From positions 26,929 through 90,928 of IMG/VR virus record IMGVR_UViG_3300020045_001434: 64,000 nucleotides of DNA. One strand, 5' to 3'. Source of the stretch: a virus. A program made the position numbers and the translations under genes. This document shows positions 1 through 14,000 of this stretch, piece after piece. The notes under the pieces were generated by a model. It saw only the letters and a list, made by a program, of their open reading frames with translations, ran no database searches and was not told the DNA's origin. Each line of letters opens with the position of its first letter. Positions within the stretch are counted from its first letter, which is position 1.

Positions 1-224
1 TGTCTGAAAACGTAACATTGGTAGATGTAGTATCATCTCAATTAAAATCTATTGGTTATAATAAAGAAACATCTACATTATATGTAGTATTTAAAAATAC
101 AGGAATTACTTATAAATATGATGATGTTCCTGAATCAGTGTATAATACTTTACTAACATCTAGTGAAGTAGGTAAAACATTTAATTCTCTTGTAAAAGGT
201 ATTTATTCATTTTCTAAAGTTTAA
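1..224 (+). CDS. KTSC-domain protein (5' end probably cut by the window edge)
   Basis: VVSSQLKSIGYN..LYVVFK..G..YKYDDVP..YNTLLTSSEVGKTFN..KG.Y fits the KTSC pattern. The frame is open back to base 1 ('tg tct gaa aac'), so the real ATG probably begins one base before the window. Confidence 0.85.
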   Translation, partial: SENVTLVDVVSSQLKSIGYNKETSTLYVVFKNTGITYKYDDVPESVYNTLLTSSEVGKTFNSLVKGIYSFSKV

Positions 225-227
225 TAT

Positions 228-1253
228 ATGAAAACAATATGTTTATATCATTCTGTTGATTTGGATGGTTGGATGTCTGCTGCTATAGTAAAACATTGGT
301 TTCTTGAAAATCTATCTGAAACTGATTCTTTTATATTAGATGGTATGAGAACTGATAAAGGTTATGAATTATGTATACCAAAAATTATAGATTTTGTAGG
401 TTACACTTATGGAGATAAAGTTCCAGATGTATCTCAATATGATAGAATCATTATGTGTGATATGTCATTACTTAAAGGAGTAATGGAACAATTACATGAA
501 GACCATACTAAAGAAATTATATGGATTGACCATCATTTAAGTGCTATTCGTGATAGTGAAACTCCACTTAAGTATAATGATTTGAAAGGTATTAGAGATA
601 CTAAATTTGCAGCTTGTGAACTTACTTGGATGTATTTCTTTGGTAATCCAATTGATAAATTCGGTGAAGTTGAAGAACAGAATCCTATGCCTGAAATAGT
701 TAGACTACTTGGTAGATATGACTGTTTTGGTCATAAAGGTACTGCTGAAGAAAAGAAAGTTTTGGAATTTCAATATGGTGCTAGAAATGCTATAAATAAT
801 TATGAAACTGCATATGATTTTCTAAAATATAATTTAGAAGATGATAGTAGTTATACAAAATTAGATACTCATATTATAAATTGTTTACATGTTCATGGAG
901 CAAGTATTTATGAATATCTTTGTCAAGATTCTAAACAAGTTTATAATACTAGAGTTGATATTAAATTAGATAATCTTGAAACTCAAGAATCTTATAAATT
1001 TGCTTTAATTAATAAAGAAAGATTTAATCCTATTAACTTTGGTATTGATTACCATAAAGATGGATATGACGGTATTGCTTGTTTTTGGTTATCACCTAAA
1101 GGTTGGCATTTTAGTTTGTATAATGATAATGGTCTTGTAGATTGTTCTCAAATAGCTAAATCATTTGGTGGTGGTGGACATAAAGGAGCTGCTGGATTTA
1201 TTTTAGGTAAAGATTCTTCTATAGATAGTTTTATTATACCTAGAAGATTATAA
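228..1253 (+). CDS. DHH/DHHA1-family phosphoesterase
   Basis: Motifs YH..DLDG, MCD, WIDHH and C-terminal GGGGHKGAAG. Confidence 0.9.
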   Translation: MKTICLYHSVDLDGWMSAAIVKHWFLENLSETDSFILDGMRTDKGYELCIPKIIDFVGYTYGDKVPDVSQYDRIIMCDMSLLKGVMEQLHEDHTKEIIWIDHHLSAIRDSETPLKYNDLKGIRDTKFAACELTWMYFFGNPIDKFGEVEEQNPMPEIVRLLGRYDCFGHKGTAEEKKVLEFQYGARNAINNYETAYDFLKYNLEDDSSYTKLDTHIINCLHVHGASIYEYLCQDSKQVYNTRVDIKLDNLETQESYKFALINKERFNPINFGIDYHKDGYDGIACFWLSPKGWHFSLYNDNGLVDCSQIAKSFGGGGHKGAAGFILGKDSSIDSFIIPRRL

Positions 1254-1255
1254 TT

Positions 1256-1720
1256 ATGAATACATTAAAAAATAAGACTACTTTTAGACCTATGACAATA
1301 GCATTTGATTTTGATAATGTTATTCATAAATATAGAAATTCTTGGGGTAATGGTGAAATATATGATGAATTAGAAAGAAGTGTTTTACTTCAAATAAGAG
1401 ACCTTTTAAATATGGGACATTATGTATTTATTCTTTCAACTCGTTCAAGATTTAAAATTAAACATCATTTTGAATATCTACAAGATACTAATTTTGAATA
1501 TACTAATATGATTAATGATATTGATACTTCAATAATACCTTTTAAATTTGAAACATTTTCTATATTTAAAAAGTTTTGGAATAAAAAATATATTTGTGGT
1601 ATATGTAATCATAAAGCTGTATTTGATGTATTAATTGATGATAGAACTATTACATTTAATCCTATTAATCCTCCATCAATAGAAGATATATTAAATTTTA
1701 AACCTATAACATATATTTAA
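1256..1720 (+). CDS. HAD-superfamily phosphatase-like protein
   Basis: IAFDFDNVIH (motif I), ILSTR (motif II), K..FDVLIDDR (motifs III/IV). Confidence 0.75.
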   Translation: MNTLKNKTTFRPMTIAFDFDNVIHKYRNSWGNGEIYDELERSVLLQIRDLLNMGHYVFILSTRSRFKIKHHFEYLQDTNFEYTNMINDIDTSIIPFKFETFSIFKKFWNKKYICGICNHKAVFDVLIDDRTITFNPINPPSIEDILNFKPITYI

Positions 1721-1878
1721 TATATATTTGAATAATTATTAACTACTCACATGACTTGTAAGCTATTATTAACATGGTAGTCTTATAAGTCATTGACTTT
1801 TAAAAGATACTATCCTAGTGGTCAATTGTATGCTATTAGTGAACCTAATTTGGTCTATTTATAGGATATAATTTTATC

Positions 1879-1908
1879 CCTAGTAGGAGCAAGGGTGCAG
1901 GACATCCG
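1879..1908 (+). repeat. 30-bp dispersed motif, copy 1 (intergenic)
   Basis: CCTAGTAGGAGCAAGGGTGCAGGACATCCG; ungapped match to the four other copies. Confidence 0.9.
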
Positions 1909-1966
1909 TTGCAATATCATAGCATTAAAATTACATATAACTATACCAATGCCATGATATAAAGCG

Positions 1967-2011
1967 AAAGGTGAATCAATAGATATTATATCTAACGATT
2001 CACCTTTTTTT
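1967..2011. terminator. Intrinsic terminator between the convergent modules, possibly bidirectional
   Basis: Stem AAAGGTGAATC/GATTCACCTTT with an inner TAGATA/TATCTA pair, followed by a T-run. Confidence 0.8.
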
Positions 2012-2036
2012 AAAGACTTGCTAATGACTCAAATAT

Positions 2037-5000
2037 TTATTGAGCAGCATTAACTATAGGATTATACATACCATAATAACTAATACTAGAATTAAGATAA
2101 ACTTGTTTATGCCATTGTCTATATCCAGGAATAGATTTTTCTATATCTATACCTATTTTACTTTGACCAGCATACATACCTCGACTATAAACTCTTTCAG
2201 ATTCATCTCTCCAAGGATATGCAAATGTGTCATATATTAGATTACTAATAGAACCTATTTGTCTTTCCATTGGAACAGTACTTTGTTTAGTACGTTTATA
2301 GAATTTAGCCCATCCATAATAAGGTAACATATCTACATATTCAGTTTGTAATCCTGATACTAAATTTACAAGAGAACTATAAGGTTTAAGTACACTATCA
2401 TCTTCATCATCAGGGTCATAACCTTTACCAACTAAAAATAGTAAACCTGTTATAATTGTAAGATTAACAAACATATAAGCTGTACGTTTAAGATTAGCTC
2501 TTTCAACTGGACTTAAGTTGTTATATAAAAACTTATAGTTATGGAAGAAATCTCCATAAGCCTTAAATATATCAACAAAAGCTTTTAAAGCAGGATTCTT
2601 TATATGAGCATCTTTAGCTTTATAATATTCAGCTAAAAAAGGTTGTTTAAAGAATTTCATTGTATCAGTAAATGCTCCACTTCTATAATGATTTAATGCT
2701 TCATCGTGAGGTTGATTAGTACCTCTAGCTAATGGATTAATACTATACTTAACTCCCATGTATCTTATCCATGTAGGTCGCATCCATTTTCTAAATTGAA
2801 AAGCAACTTGACCTAACATAGTAGCTTGTAAAGCACCTTTATCAAGAGTATTATAAATACCATGAATAGATTGATTTAGATACTTTACTCTATCAATAAA
2901 ATAAGCTTCTACTTGACTAGTAATTAATGGATCTACAACAAGTTTACCAATACCTTCACCAGTTTCTTCAAATTTATACATATCTAATACTTTCGTATAT
3001 TTAGTATCAAATTTATTAGATGCTTCTTTTCTACGAGTATCATATATTTCATTGAATTTAGCAATAACCTCTTTAGGTATACTTCTATGATTCATTTCAG
3101 CCCAAACTTTAGCATGGTCAGTATATGAAAATTTATCTTTAGATTTAGATTTTTCAGTTTTTATAAATTCATCTAAACTTTCTAATAATTTAGTAGGTAA
3201 GATTTCTTTATAAATTTGATATTTTACATCACCAATAAATTCTTCTCTTGACATAATAGCTCCATCTACAAATCTATGAGAATGCATAAGAGTAAATAAA
3301 GTAGTATATTGTAACATATGTTCACCTGTAATTGTAGGCATATAAGCTAACATATCTGCAACATCTATAAATTTACTTGCACTACCTCTAGTTTCTCTAT
3401 CTATAGCTCCTTCTGTATGGTCATGATAAATGTCTGACATACGTTTAATAATAGCTACAAATTGATTAGGCATTGCATTAGGGTCATTGTTATGAACATT
3501 AGCAATGATTGTAGATATATTACTCATATAAGTATTAAATCCTTTACCAAATTCTTTACGATTAGCATATTCACCACCTTGATATTCAATAAACAAATCT
3601 GCCATACCTTTACTAACATTCTTTACACCACTATGAAAGTTAAACCACATAGTATTCATACTTGTTAATCTCATACCAGAACCAAGTATTTGGTCAAATA
3701 GATTACTAGTATTAGATTTTAAAGATATTACTTCATCAAACTTATTATAAGATTTATATGTTTGAGTATCTTTACCTGATTTAGTAGCATATACAATATC
3801 TTTATTTTTTAAAGTATTAGATAACATTGTTCTAGTTTTATCTAGATAATCTTTACCGGCTGAATCTCTAACTCTAGCTTTAAAGTTTTCACTACCTACT
3901 TCATTTCTAACAAGATTATATATTTGTTTAAAATCAGAATAAGATTTAATATTATATAGTTCTTCTATTAAAGCATTTAATACTGATGGTATATCATAGT
4001 TCATTTTATTTTGCATTTTAGCTGCAAACTTTTCTTTAACTACAGCATTATAAGCAAGTACATCTTCAAGTCTATCAAAACGTTCTACTCCAACTTCAAC
4101 ACCTTTATTTTTAAATTCTTGTAGTTTCTCATTAGCTTTATTCACAACATCTACTTGATATTCTTTTTGTGATTCTTCATGAGTCTTATAACGAATATTA
4201 ATAATATGTTTTACATCAGGAGCAGTAACATATCTAGATTGATAAAACCAACGTTTATTATTAAATACATCAGTTTCAATATGTTCTTCTTGTATATTAG
4301 TCCATCCAATAAACTTTTTAAATATATCTCCTATACTATGGCTAGTACTCATAAAAACATAAGGTGTAAAATCTTCATCAAATATTTTATCAGGGAATAC
4401 TTCTGCTACAATATTTTGAATAAGTCGTTTAGTATCTCTAAGAAATAACTTTTCTTGTTCTGATAAAACTGAATATTCAGCAGATTCATATTTACTAATA
4501 GGTATAACCTTTTGTATAGTTATTCCTGTAAATTCAGGAGTAGTGTACATATAGTTTATAGTTTTATAATAAGATTTAGTATCAAATTTACTAATTAAAT
4601 CTCCATCATTAATAACTATATGATGTCTTTTTTCAAACTTAGTTTTAAGTTCTTTATTAGCCCATAAACTTTGAGATATATAAACTTGCATGATTTGTTT
4701 ATACATTTCATTATCTGAACCATCAGGATGTTGTCTATCTATATTTTCATAATAACCTAATTTATTTTCATCTAATGAATCAATATCTTTAGCATAATGA
4801 CTAGCAGTTTTAGCATATAAATCTTTGATACCTACAAATTCATTATCCACTTGAATAAGAACATTATTACTTTTAGAGTTTAAATCTTTGTTAGTATAAT
4901 CATCAGATTTATCTAATTTAAGTATAACATCATGACTAGAGCCTTCTGATTCAATTGTAACAAGTTTATAGTAATTAAAATTATTATCTAATGACGCATC

Positions 5001-8000
5001 AACAAATTTAGAATCCTCTAAGAATCCTTTAAGTTGTTCTTTAGATAATTGTTTCATTCTACCAATAGAATTTTCTATATATGTAGCAGGATAAGATGTT
5101 GTGTCAATAGTAGATTTTTTAGTTACTGAAAATGGTGAAAATGTATCTCCAATATTACTACCTTTGAATACATAATCATATTTTAAAGTTATTTCACTAG
5201 CATAACTTCTTCCAGCTTTATACAATTGGGCAACATCAATGTATTTAGATTTAGCAGCATTAAACATTTTAATATCGTCATCTATTTTTTTCCAATCATA
5301 TTCAGATAATAAATTACCAGTTCTATGATTTACAAATTTACTTCTAATATAAGATTCTCTAGATTTATTATATTCTAATTTAGTACCTTGTTTAAGAGTA
5401 TCTTCATACTTCTTCAACATATCTTGAAGTTGTACAATTCTATCATTACGTTTACCTTGAACTTCAAGTCTAATTTCAGACATCATAAACATAGAGTTAT
5501 CAAGAAGTCCTACACCAGTTTGCCCCATAGAATCAAGTAGAGATTGAGTAGTAGTTATATCATCATTATACTGCATTACATGAATATATAAATCTGATAA
5601 TTCTTCCGGACTTAAATCAGTACTTAACTTAGCATCAGGAATAGTATTTAATGATTCATTGTACTCTTTAATTTTACCATATCTAGTAAGATTATTATAT
5701 TTACCATTACGACTATATGGAAATACAATATGAGCCATATATTCTTGAACTTTAGCAGATATAGCTGTGTTAAGATAATCAATAGCTTTACCAGTTTTAA
5801 TATCATCTACATTTAAGAAGTTACCATATAAAGGAGCACCACTACCATCTTTAGGAATATCTAATCTAATATTTTCAATAGTTCTATTAAAAGCTTTTAC
5901 CCATTTAAAAAGTTTATCAACTTCTATTTTGTTTTCATCATCTAATAAAGCATATTCTTCACTAGTAATATTAGGAACATTTATATTAGAAATAGCTAGA
6001 ATTTTATCTGCTGCATAAAACATTTTTTTATAATCATATAATTTTGCAGCAATTTGAGATTTATATCCAGCATTATTACTATTCATATATTTACCAATTT
6101 GTAATTGTAAAACATTTACACGTTCTACAGTACCATCAGGTTTATTAAATTGAATAAAATCAGTTTGAATATATTCAATAATCTTATGAAGTAATTGAAT
6201 ATTACTAGCCATAGCATCATCAATAGCATTTAATTGATTATCTGTTTCAGTCATTCTTTCAAGAGTATTCTGCATATCAGTAATAGCTAAACTGAATTGG
6301 TCAGGTCTAGTATTGTTCTCTCTTTTTAATTCATCAAACAAAGTTTTAGCTATAGAAGCAATTTCTAATTGTTTCTCTCTAAAATTATTAATATCCATTG
6401 TACTAGCATTAATAATATTTTTAGTTAGATGTGATTGGTCTAATATAGATGAACGTCTAATATTATCTTTCACTCCAATCTCAATATATTCATTAGATTT
6501 ATTACTAGTAATATTAGCTTTATAAATAGATTCTCCTACACCCATTTTAAAAATAGTTTTAATAGAATTAAATCTATATAACATAGACATATTTCTAACA
6601 AATGGAATTATAGCAGTATCATATTGTTCTTGAGTATATTTACTATCTGAAATACTATCTCCTACAATAGCAATATTATCATCTTCTGTAAGATTAATAG
6701 TTTTAAAGAACTCATGATTAAGTTTATCTAATGTTGTATATATAGTTTTATCAGATTTAAAATTACTTTTATAAATACTATTTTCACCAATATAAATAAC
6801 TTTATCTACAGAATCAATAATATCTTTAGCAGTTTCACTATGAGATTTATTAGATTTAGTTATAAGATTATTATATGTATATATATCTTTATTTACAGTT
6901 TCTCCTAAGAAATTAGTAGTTTTAGATTCTACAACATTATATAATAATGATGATTTCCTAGGTTCTGATTTAGTTTGACTATTATCATATATATGAATCA
7001 AATCTTTATAATATTGTTCTGATTCATTATCACCTTTATATTTAGCAATTACAGTACTATCTTGAGTTTGTTCATCTTGAGTAGCAAATTCATAAGGTAG
7101 ACTTTTAGTAACTGGAAAATAATAAACATTAGTACTACCAGGAATATCATATCTTTCAAGAACCATGACTTTAGTATTTGATATTTCAGGTATAGTTGTA
7201 GATACATATTTATATCTAGAAATATATGAAGTATCATTAGCTTCTAATTCTTGTACAATAATAGGATAAGCTTTTGCAGCATAAATACCACTATTAAATC
7301 CTAACGCTAAAGCATTCCCAAATTTATTTACTACTGGACTAATAGATTTATCTCCATGAAGTTGTGATTTAAGATATTTAGTCCATAATTCAATAGAATC
7401 TTTATCTAATTCATCATCATTCATTTGTTCATATTTACTTTCTAAATCTAATAGAGCTTCATTAGTTTTATAAAGTCTATTATGTTCAAGATTATCTTCC
7501 TCAGCAAACGTATTATAAGCATACGGGTTATTCTTTTCAGATTCTACTTGTGCTGAAATAATATCATATTCTTTAGATTTAGTAGTAAACAATGATGGGT
7601 CTATAATTTTAGATACATTAATACCCCATGCGAGACCATTAAAATAAAATGAATATCTAACTAAATCTCTAGCAGTTTGTCTAAGAAATGGATTCTCATT
7701 AAAAAACATATTCCTAAACGTTTGTTGAAGTTTAGCAATATCTTTAGAAGTATTAGACATATCTAGTTTATGATAACCATTCTTTAAAAGATTATTCTTT
7801 TCTAACTTAGGGTCGAATAATTCTAATAAATCAGTAATATTATTCTTATCATTAATATTATATTTTGAAGTAAAATTATTAATATGATTTTTAAGAAGAT
7901 ATACTTGATTAGCTACAGATAAATTTCTATATTCTTGTAATGATAAATTCTGAGTATCAACTTTAATATCTGAAAATATTGAGCTTGTAGGTGTTGTTGT

Positions 8001-11000
8001 TTGACCGTCACGAACAGCATTTTCAACTGGCACTACTTTACCTACAACTCTCAAACGTTCAATACTACGCATTAGAGGGCTGTTTGAATTACCATTGAAG
8101 AATGGAACACTATCATAAATATGTTCAGCAATTACAGTATCTAATATACGTTTATATATGTTCTTAGATGATTTACTATACATATTACCCGATAGTCCTA
8201 ATTCAGCCACTATACCCGTAACAAGAGCATTCATATTTGGATTTGAAGATAATAGTATCTTAGAAAATAGTTTAGTACTAAAATGATAATTATTTACAAA
8301 TTGAGATTCAAAATAAGGTAGACTACTTTTAGTAAAATCATAATCATCGGCTAGTGTTCCTTTAACTACATTGGGAAATACTGATTCCATTAAAGTTTTA
8401 TCTCCAACTTTTAAACCACTTTTAGGTATGCTTAATTTTACTTGAGCAAAGTTTTTAATATCACTATTACTATCAATTGCAAATTTACCTTTACGTAATT
8501 CACTATCTTCATGTTCACCTATTTTAAATATTGAATTGTATTCTTCTATAACCTCTTTAAGAATTTCTTCTTTACCACTAAGACTATTAGTAGAATCATA
8601 TAAATATTTAATATTTTGTTTCTCTTTAATACTAAATCCAGCTTCAGTTAATTGAGATTCAAATTCACTATAATCAATATATAGATTAGCCATATCACTA
8701 ATAAGTTTAATAGTAGTATAACTATCAGGTGAAGTACCTAACTTATCAGTTCTTAATACTAAAGATGATTTAGTAATTAAATTACTAGTTTTATCATATT
8801 GTTGATATAATTTAAATATAGATATTTGTTCATCTAAAAAGTTTACATAATCTATTATAGATTTAGTATCCTCATGTTGACTAACATCCATATTGTAAGT
8901 ACCATTCTTTATACTATTTGTATAAATATCATGAAGTTCGTCTATAGATTTATAAGCATTTTCATCAGTAATTTTAATCTTACCTTTATCAGTTGTAAAT
9001 ACACTAGTATTAGTAAATTCACTAACTTTTAAATTATCAAATAAACTTTGTATTTGAGATTGATTTTCTTCAAATAAAGTTTCTATCTGTAATTGTGTAT
9101 CTGCATCAGAAATATCATTTATAAAACTATATAGATTAGCTTTAAGATTATCAGTATCTTTAGCAAATTTAATAAGTTCTGAAAATACAATATCTGTAGA
9201 TATTCCAGTAGTATCATACATAAATATTTGTTCACCATTAATCATGGCTTTTTTCCATTTATCTACTTTAGCAGAAATAGCTCTAGCTTTAATATCTTCA
9301 GGATTATTAGAACTAGTACTTACTGTTACAGAAGTTTTATGTATAAATAAATCTAGTATAGATATAGCTTGTGGATTAGTAGTTAACTTACCAGTAAGCA
9401 AACTTATATTATTTAGATTATTTAATATACTAACTCTTGTATTATTTACAATATTTCTATAAGCCTTATTTTTATCAGCATATGAATCTGAACGTTTAGA
9501 TTCATTTATTAAAGATATAAATTTAGATACTATAGGTTGATGAATAATAAGATTAGAATATGCGAATGAATTAGGAGTTCTAGAATTATCTTTACTATAT
9601 AAATTTGTATTATGTGATACTGGAAGATTTGCAAGTAAATCTAATACACCACTAGTAGTACCATTTATATTATGCCCCATTTTCTCTTTTACAGCATCAA
9701 GAACATTTGCTGCAATTTCAGATGATTGTTCAGTAATATATTGACCTTGTATATTCTTCCAACTATTAGATTTATTATTAGCTAAATGAGAATTAAATAT
9801 CACATATCTAGCTTCTGAAGTTTCAGTAGCAGGTTGATATAACCATGATTTATTTTCATCACCAATTAATTCATTCAATACTTTACGATGTTCATGAATA
9901 TCTCCAGTAGGCATTTCAGATTCTGTAATAACTATTGGAATAGCAAATTCATTACTAACATTAGCATTAACTACACCTAATAATGAATAAGTATTTTGAC
10001 TAGCAATAACAATACCTTTAAGTTCAGCAACAGTTTTATTTAATGATGTGATTCTATTTCTATCTAATATATTTGTAAAGTTTAAAGTAGAATTAGATAT
10101 ACCCATTTCATTATTTATTCCTTGAGATACTTTAGATATATTATTAAATTCATTTACTTTCTCTCTAAATATATTAGAATCTTCACTAATAACTCTAGCC
10201 ATTAAAGAATCAATAATCATATTTTCTCTAGTTTCTTTAGTCATTTGTTGTAGTACTGGAAGTTGATTATATCCATCACTTACTTCTTTAGACATTAAAA
10301 AATCAGAAACTTTATTGTCATAATCATTATTAATAGATTCAATTTGATTATTCAAATCTTCTGTAAGGACTTTATTTCCTACACTTTTTTCTTTAGCTAA
10401 TAAGAATAATAAATTTTTAGTTTGAGCACTAGTTAAGTCTTTAGATTCTAAGAAATCTTTAATAGTAGTTTTATTACTAGGGTCTAAAGTTCTTTCGATA
10501 GCATCCTGAAGTTCTAATAAAAATTCATCATATTCTTTATTATAAGTATCATCTAAAGCATTATCATACTTATCAACTACATCTACTATACTAGAAGTAT
10601 GGTCTTGAGTGATATCTCTAATTTTAGATATAACTTCTTTATATTTAGAATCATTAGGATTATCTCTAATTTCATCCAATATATCTCTAGTAGTATTTAA
10701 AGCATCATCATGTAAATCTTCTAACTTAGATTTATATTCATCTCTAGCTTTAAAGATTAATGCTTTTCTAGCTAGTTCTAAATTATTATATTCATTAAGA
10801 AAATAAGTTTTTACATAATTAATACGTTTATTAGTTTCAGTATTATGAATATCTTTGTTTTTAGGATTAATATCATATTCGTAAGAAATAGGATATAATT
10901 GTCCATCAGCACGTTCATAAAGATGTCTAGTATAAATATAAATAGTATCAATATCATAATCCCAACCAGTACGTTTAGATAAGTGTTTTGGAACCATTAT

Positions 11001-14000
11001 CTGAGAAGAACTATTATTCATAAAACCAACTACTTCTGCAACAAACGATGATTGCATACCTTCATGAGGAATACGTGTAGCATAAACAGTTCTTGATTCT
11101 TTGGGAATTTTATTAATGTCTATCTTACGAATTTTATTTACTACACCTTTATTGTCAGTAACATATTCATAAGTAGCATATTTATCAAATCTACTATCCC
11201 AAATATTTAATACTATTTCAGCAGGTAAATTCTTACTAGGATTATTAGGGTCTGGTCTTTCAGCTCGAAGTTCCCAATTTAATTTATCTTGTTGTTCAGC
11301 AATAAATTCATCAGTCATAGACATCATACCTTTAGTACGGTATTCATTTATACTATCAAAACCTTCAATATCCTTTTCACCATATTTATAATCAATAGGT
11401 TGCATAAAAACATCAGGTAAAATAGTTCCATGTATCTGAGGAAGTTCAAGATTTACATTACTATTAGTAATAGATGCTTGAAGTATATTTTCAATAACTC
11501 CTTTAATAGTAGGATGATTTAATGACATAAGTTTATCATTACTATTTTCCATTGCAGAAAAAGCTTCCATTAAAGATATATCTTCATTGTTAGCATAATA
11601 ACGACGAATGATTTGTCTTACTTTATCAGTATCAATAAGAATATCTCCTTTACCATCATGTAGAATTTTACCATTCTTCATAGCACCAAAAGAATATATT
11701 AATCTATCTCTACCCTCAGCAAGAATATGATGAAGTGCAGCATGTCTATTTTCAAATAGTCCACGTTTACCTTCTTCATAATTATTAGTTCTACCTTTAT
11801 AAGGAACACCATTTACTTCAAATATAGAATCATTGTTTAGATTAACATCAGTTTTCTTATTTGCTTGTGTAGATATTTTACCACGTTTCTCCATAGTATG
11901 AGAAACTTGTTCTTGTTGTATTCTAAGATTATTACGTTTAAAACGAATAACATAATCTTGCATATTTACAGGTTTTCCATTAATAGTAGTATCAATAGTT
12001 TGAATCCCATCAACTTCTTTAGTTCTTAGTTCATAACCATTACTAATTCTATTACCAGTTTCTGTATCAACTTTAGTAAATATATCATGTAATCTAAATG
12101 TAGGTACTGAAAGTTTAGAACTTGATTTAAAATTTATTTGGTCAATTTTATTATCATTCATAAACTGAGTAAGAACTTCAAGTTTAGTTCCTATAAATAG
12201 TTTAGGAAATAGAACCATAGTACTATTTTTCTCTTGATAAGAACTAACATTACCAGTAAATAAACCATTAGTTTCAGTTTGTCTGCTATACATGAAGTAT
12301 TTCAACTGCTCTACAATTGTGTAGAAATCACTAGGATTTAACGCAGTTTTAGGGTCTGTGAGAGCATCAATATACTTTTTCATACCTTTGTAATGGTTGG
12401 TACTTTTAGCTCGTTTAATGAACTCCTCTACAGTTATAAAAGATAATCCATTACCAACTTCAATAGCATCACCATATTGAGCCATTAAAAATTCTTTAGA
12501 TAAACCTTTAGCATTAGAAAGTTCATCTAGCATATTAGATGCTGTCCATACATCTTCAACAGTTACAGAAGAATATGTTTCAGTGTCCATATTAGTAATA
12601 CCACTACGAATGATTTCACTAACACGTTTATTTATATCATCAAAATGTTTGTATTCATATTGACGACCATAAAGTAAATCTTCACCAACATTAATAGACG
12701 TAATATAATCATTAATGAAAGATTCCATCATAGCTTTATTATATTGAGCTATAACTTCTTTGTCTTTAGTTCTACTATAATCATCTTGTTTAGTAGAATC
12801 ATTAGTGTCTTGTTCTTCTAATGTTAGAATTGTTTTATGAGTTGATATAATATTAGCACCAGTCTTTCCTTTATTAATTTCTAGTTCAGATGTACCAGGA
12901 ACATAAGGAGGAATAGTATCTGTTATCATCATCATTAAATCTTTAGCAATACCTTGAGTATTATCAATCATATATTTTTGATTGTTCTCAATATATCCAT
13001 CTATAAATTCATAAACAATATTATCAAATACAGTTTTAGCTAATTGAATATCCTCATTTAAAAGTTTAGCAGTCATATAACTAGCTTTCTGTTCTGTAGA
13101 AAGTTTATTATATTCATTTACTGGAATTATATTACTATAATTACCATCACTATCAGTTTTAGAATTTACTATAATAGGATGAGTTTCTTTAGTTAGTCTA
13201 TTTACTAAAGCTATTAAATCTAATTGTGTAGATTCAGAACCTAAGTATTTTTTAGCATAATCTTCTAATGTAATCTTTTTACCATTAGAATTAAAACTCA
13301 TTCTAAGAAATTTAAAAACTTGACCAGTAGGAAGTCCTTTATCTAATATAATAGCTTTACCTTTAATTTCTTTACCATTATTATTGTTATCATATTTTGA
13401 CTTAGTAAATTTACCATTAAAATCTCTAACATTATGTAAAGTACCAGCATCACCTTTTTCTTGAATACCATCTTGTAAAGAAATACTTTTTACATATCTA
13501 GTACCTGATTCAGTAAAAGCATATTGATATTGTAACATTCCCTTAGAAGCTATTTGCATAGAAACAACTTCTCCCATAATAGTTCTTTTAAGAGCTGCTA
13601 TAGGTTTAGATGATTTATAGTTTTGTTCATAAGCTTTTTTAAGCTCATGATTATTAGCTATAAGTTTAGCAGGATTATCTAAATAGCTTTGTACATTAGA
13701 TTTAAGTGTTATAAGGTCTGCTGCATGAATAATACTATCTCTAACACCATTATTGAAAACTAATTCAAATGGTAAGAAAGGAGTTACTCCACTCATAGAT
13801 GGTAGATATAACATTGTATTATCATAGAACTTACTAATAAATTCTTTATTTTTAGATATAACATCTTGTTTAGGAAGATTTAATAAATATCTATATATAT
13901 CACTTAATGCTTTTTCATAAGTATCTGGATTATCAGATTCTAAATTATTAGATATTAATTCATTTACAGCAGGACTATTTACAATAGCTAAATATTTATA

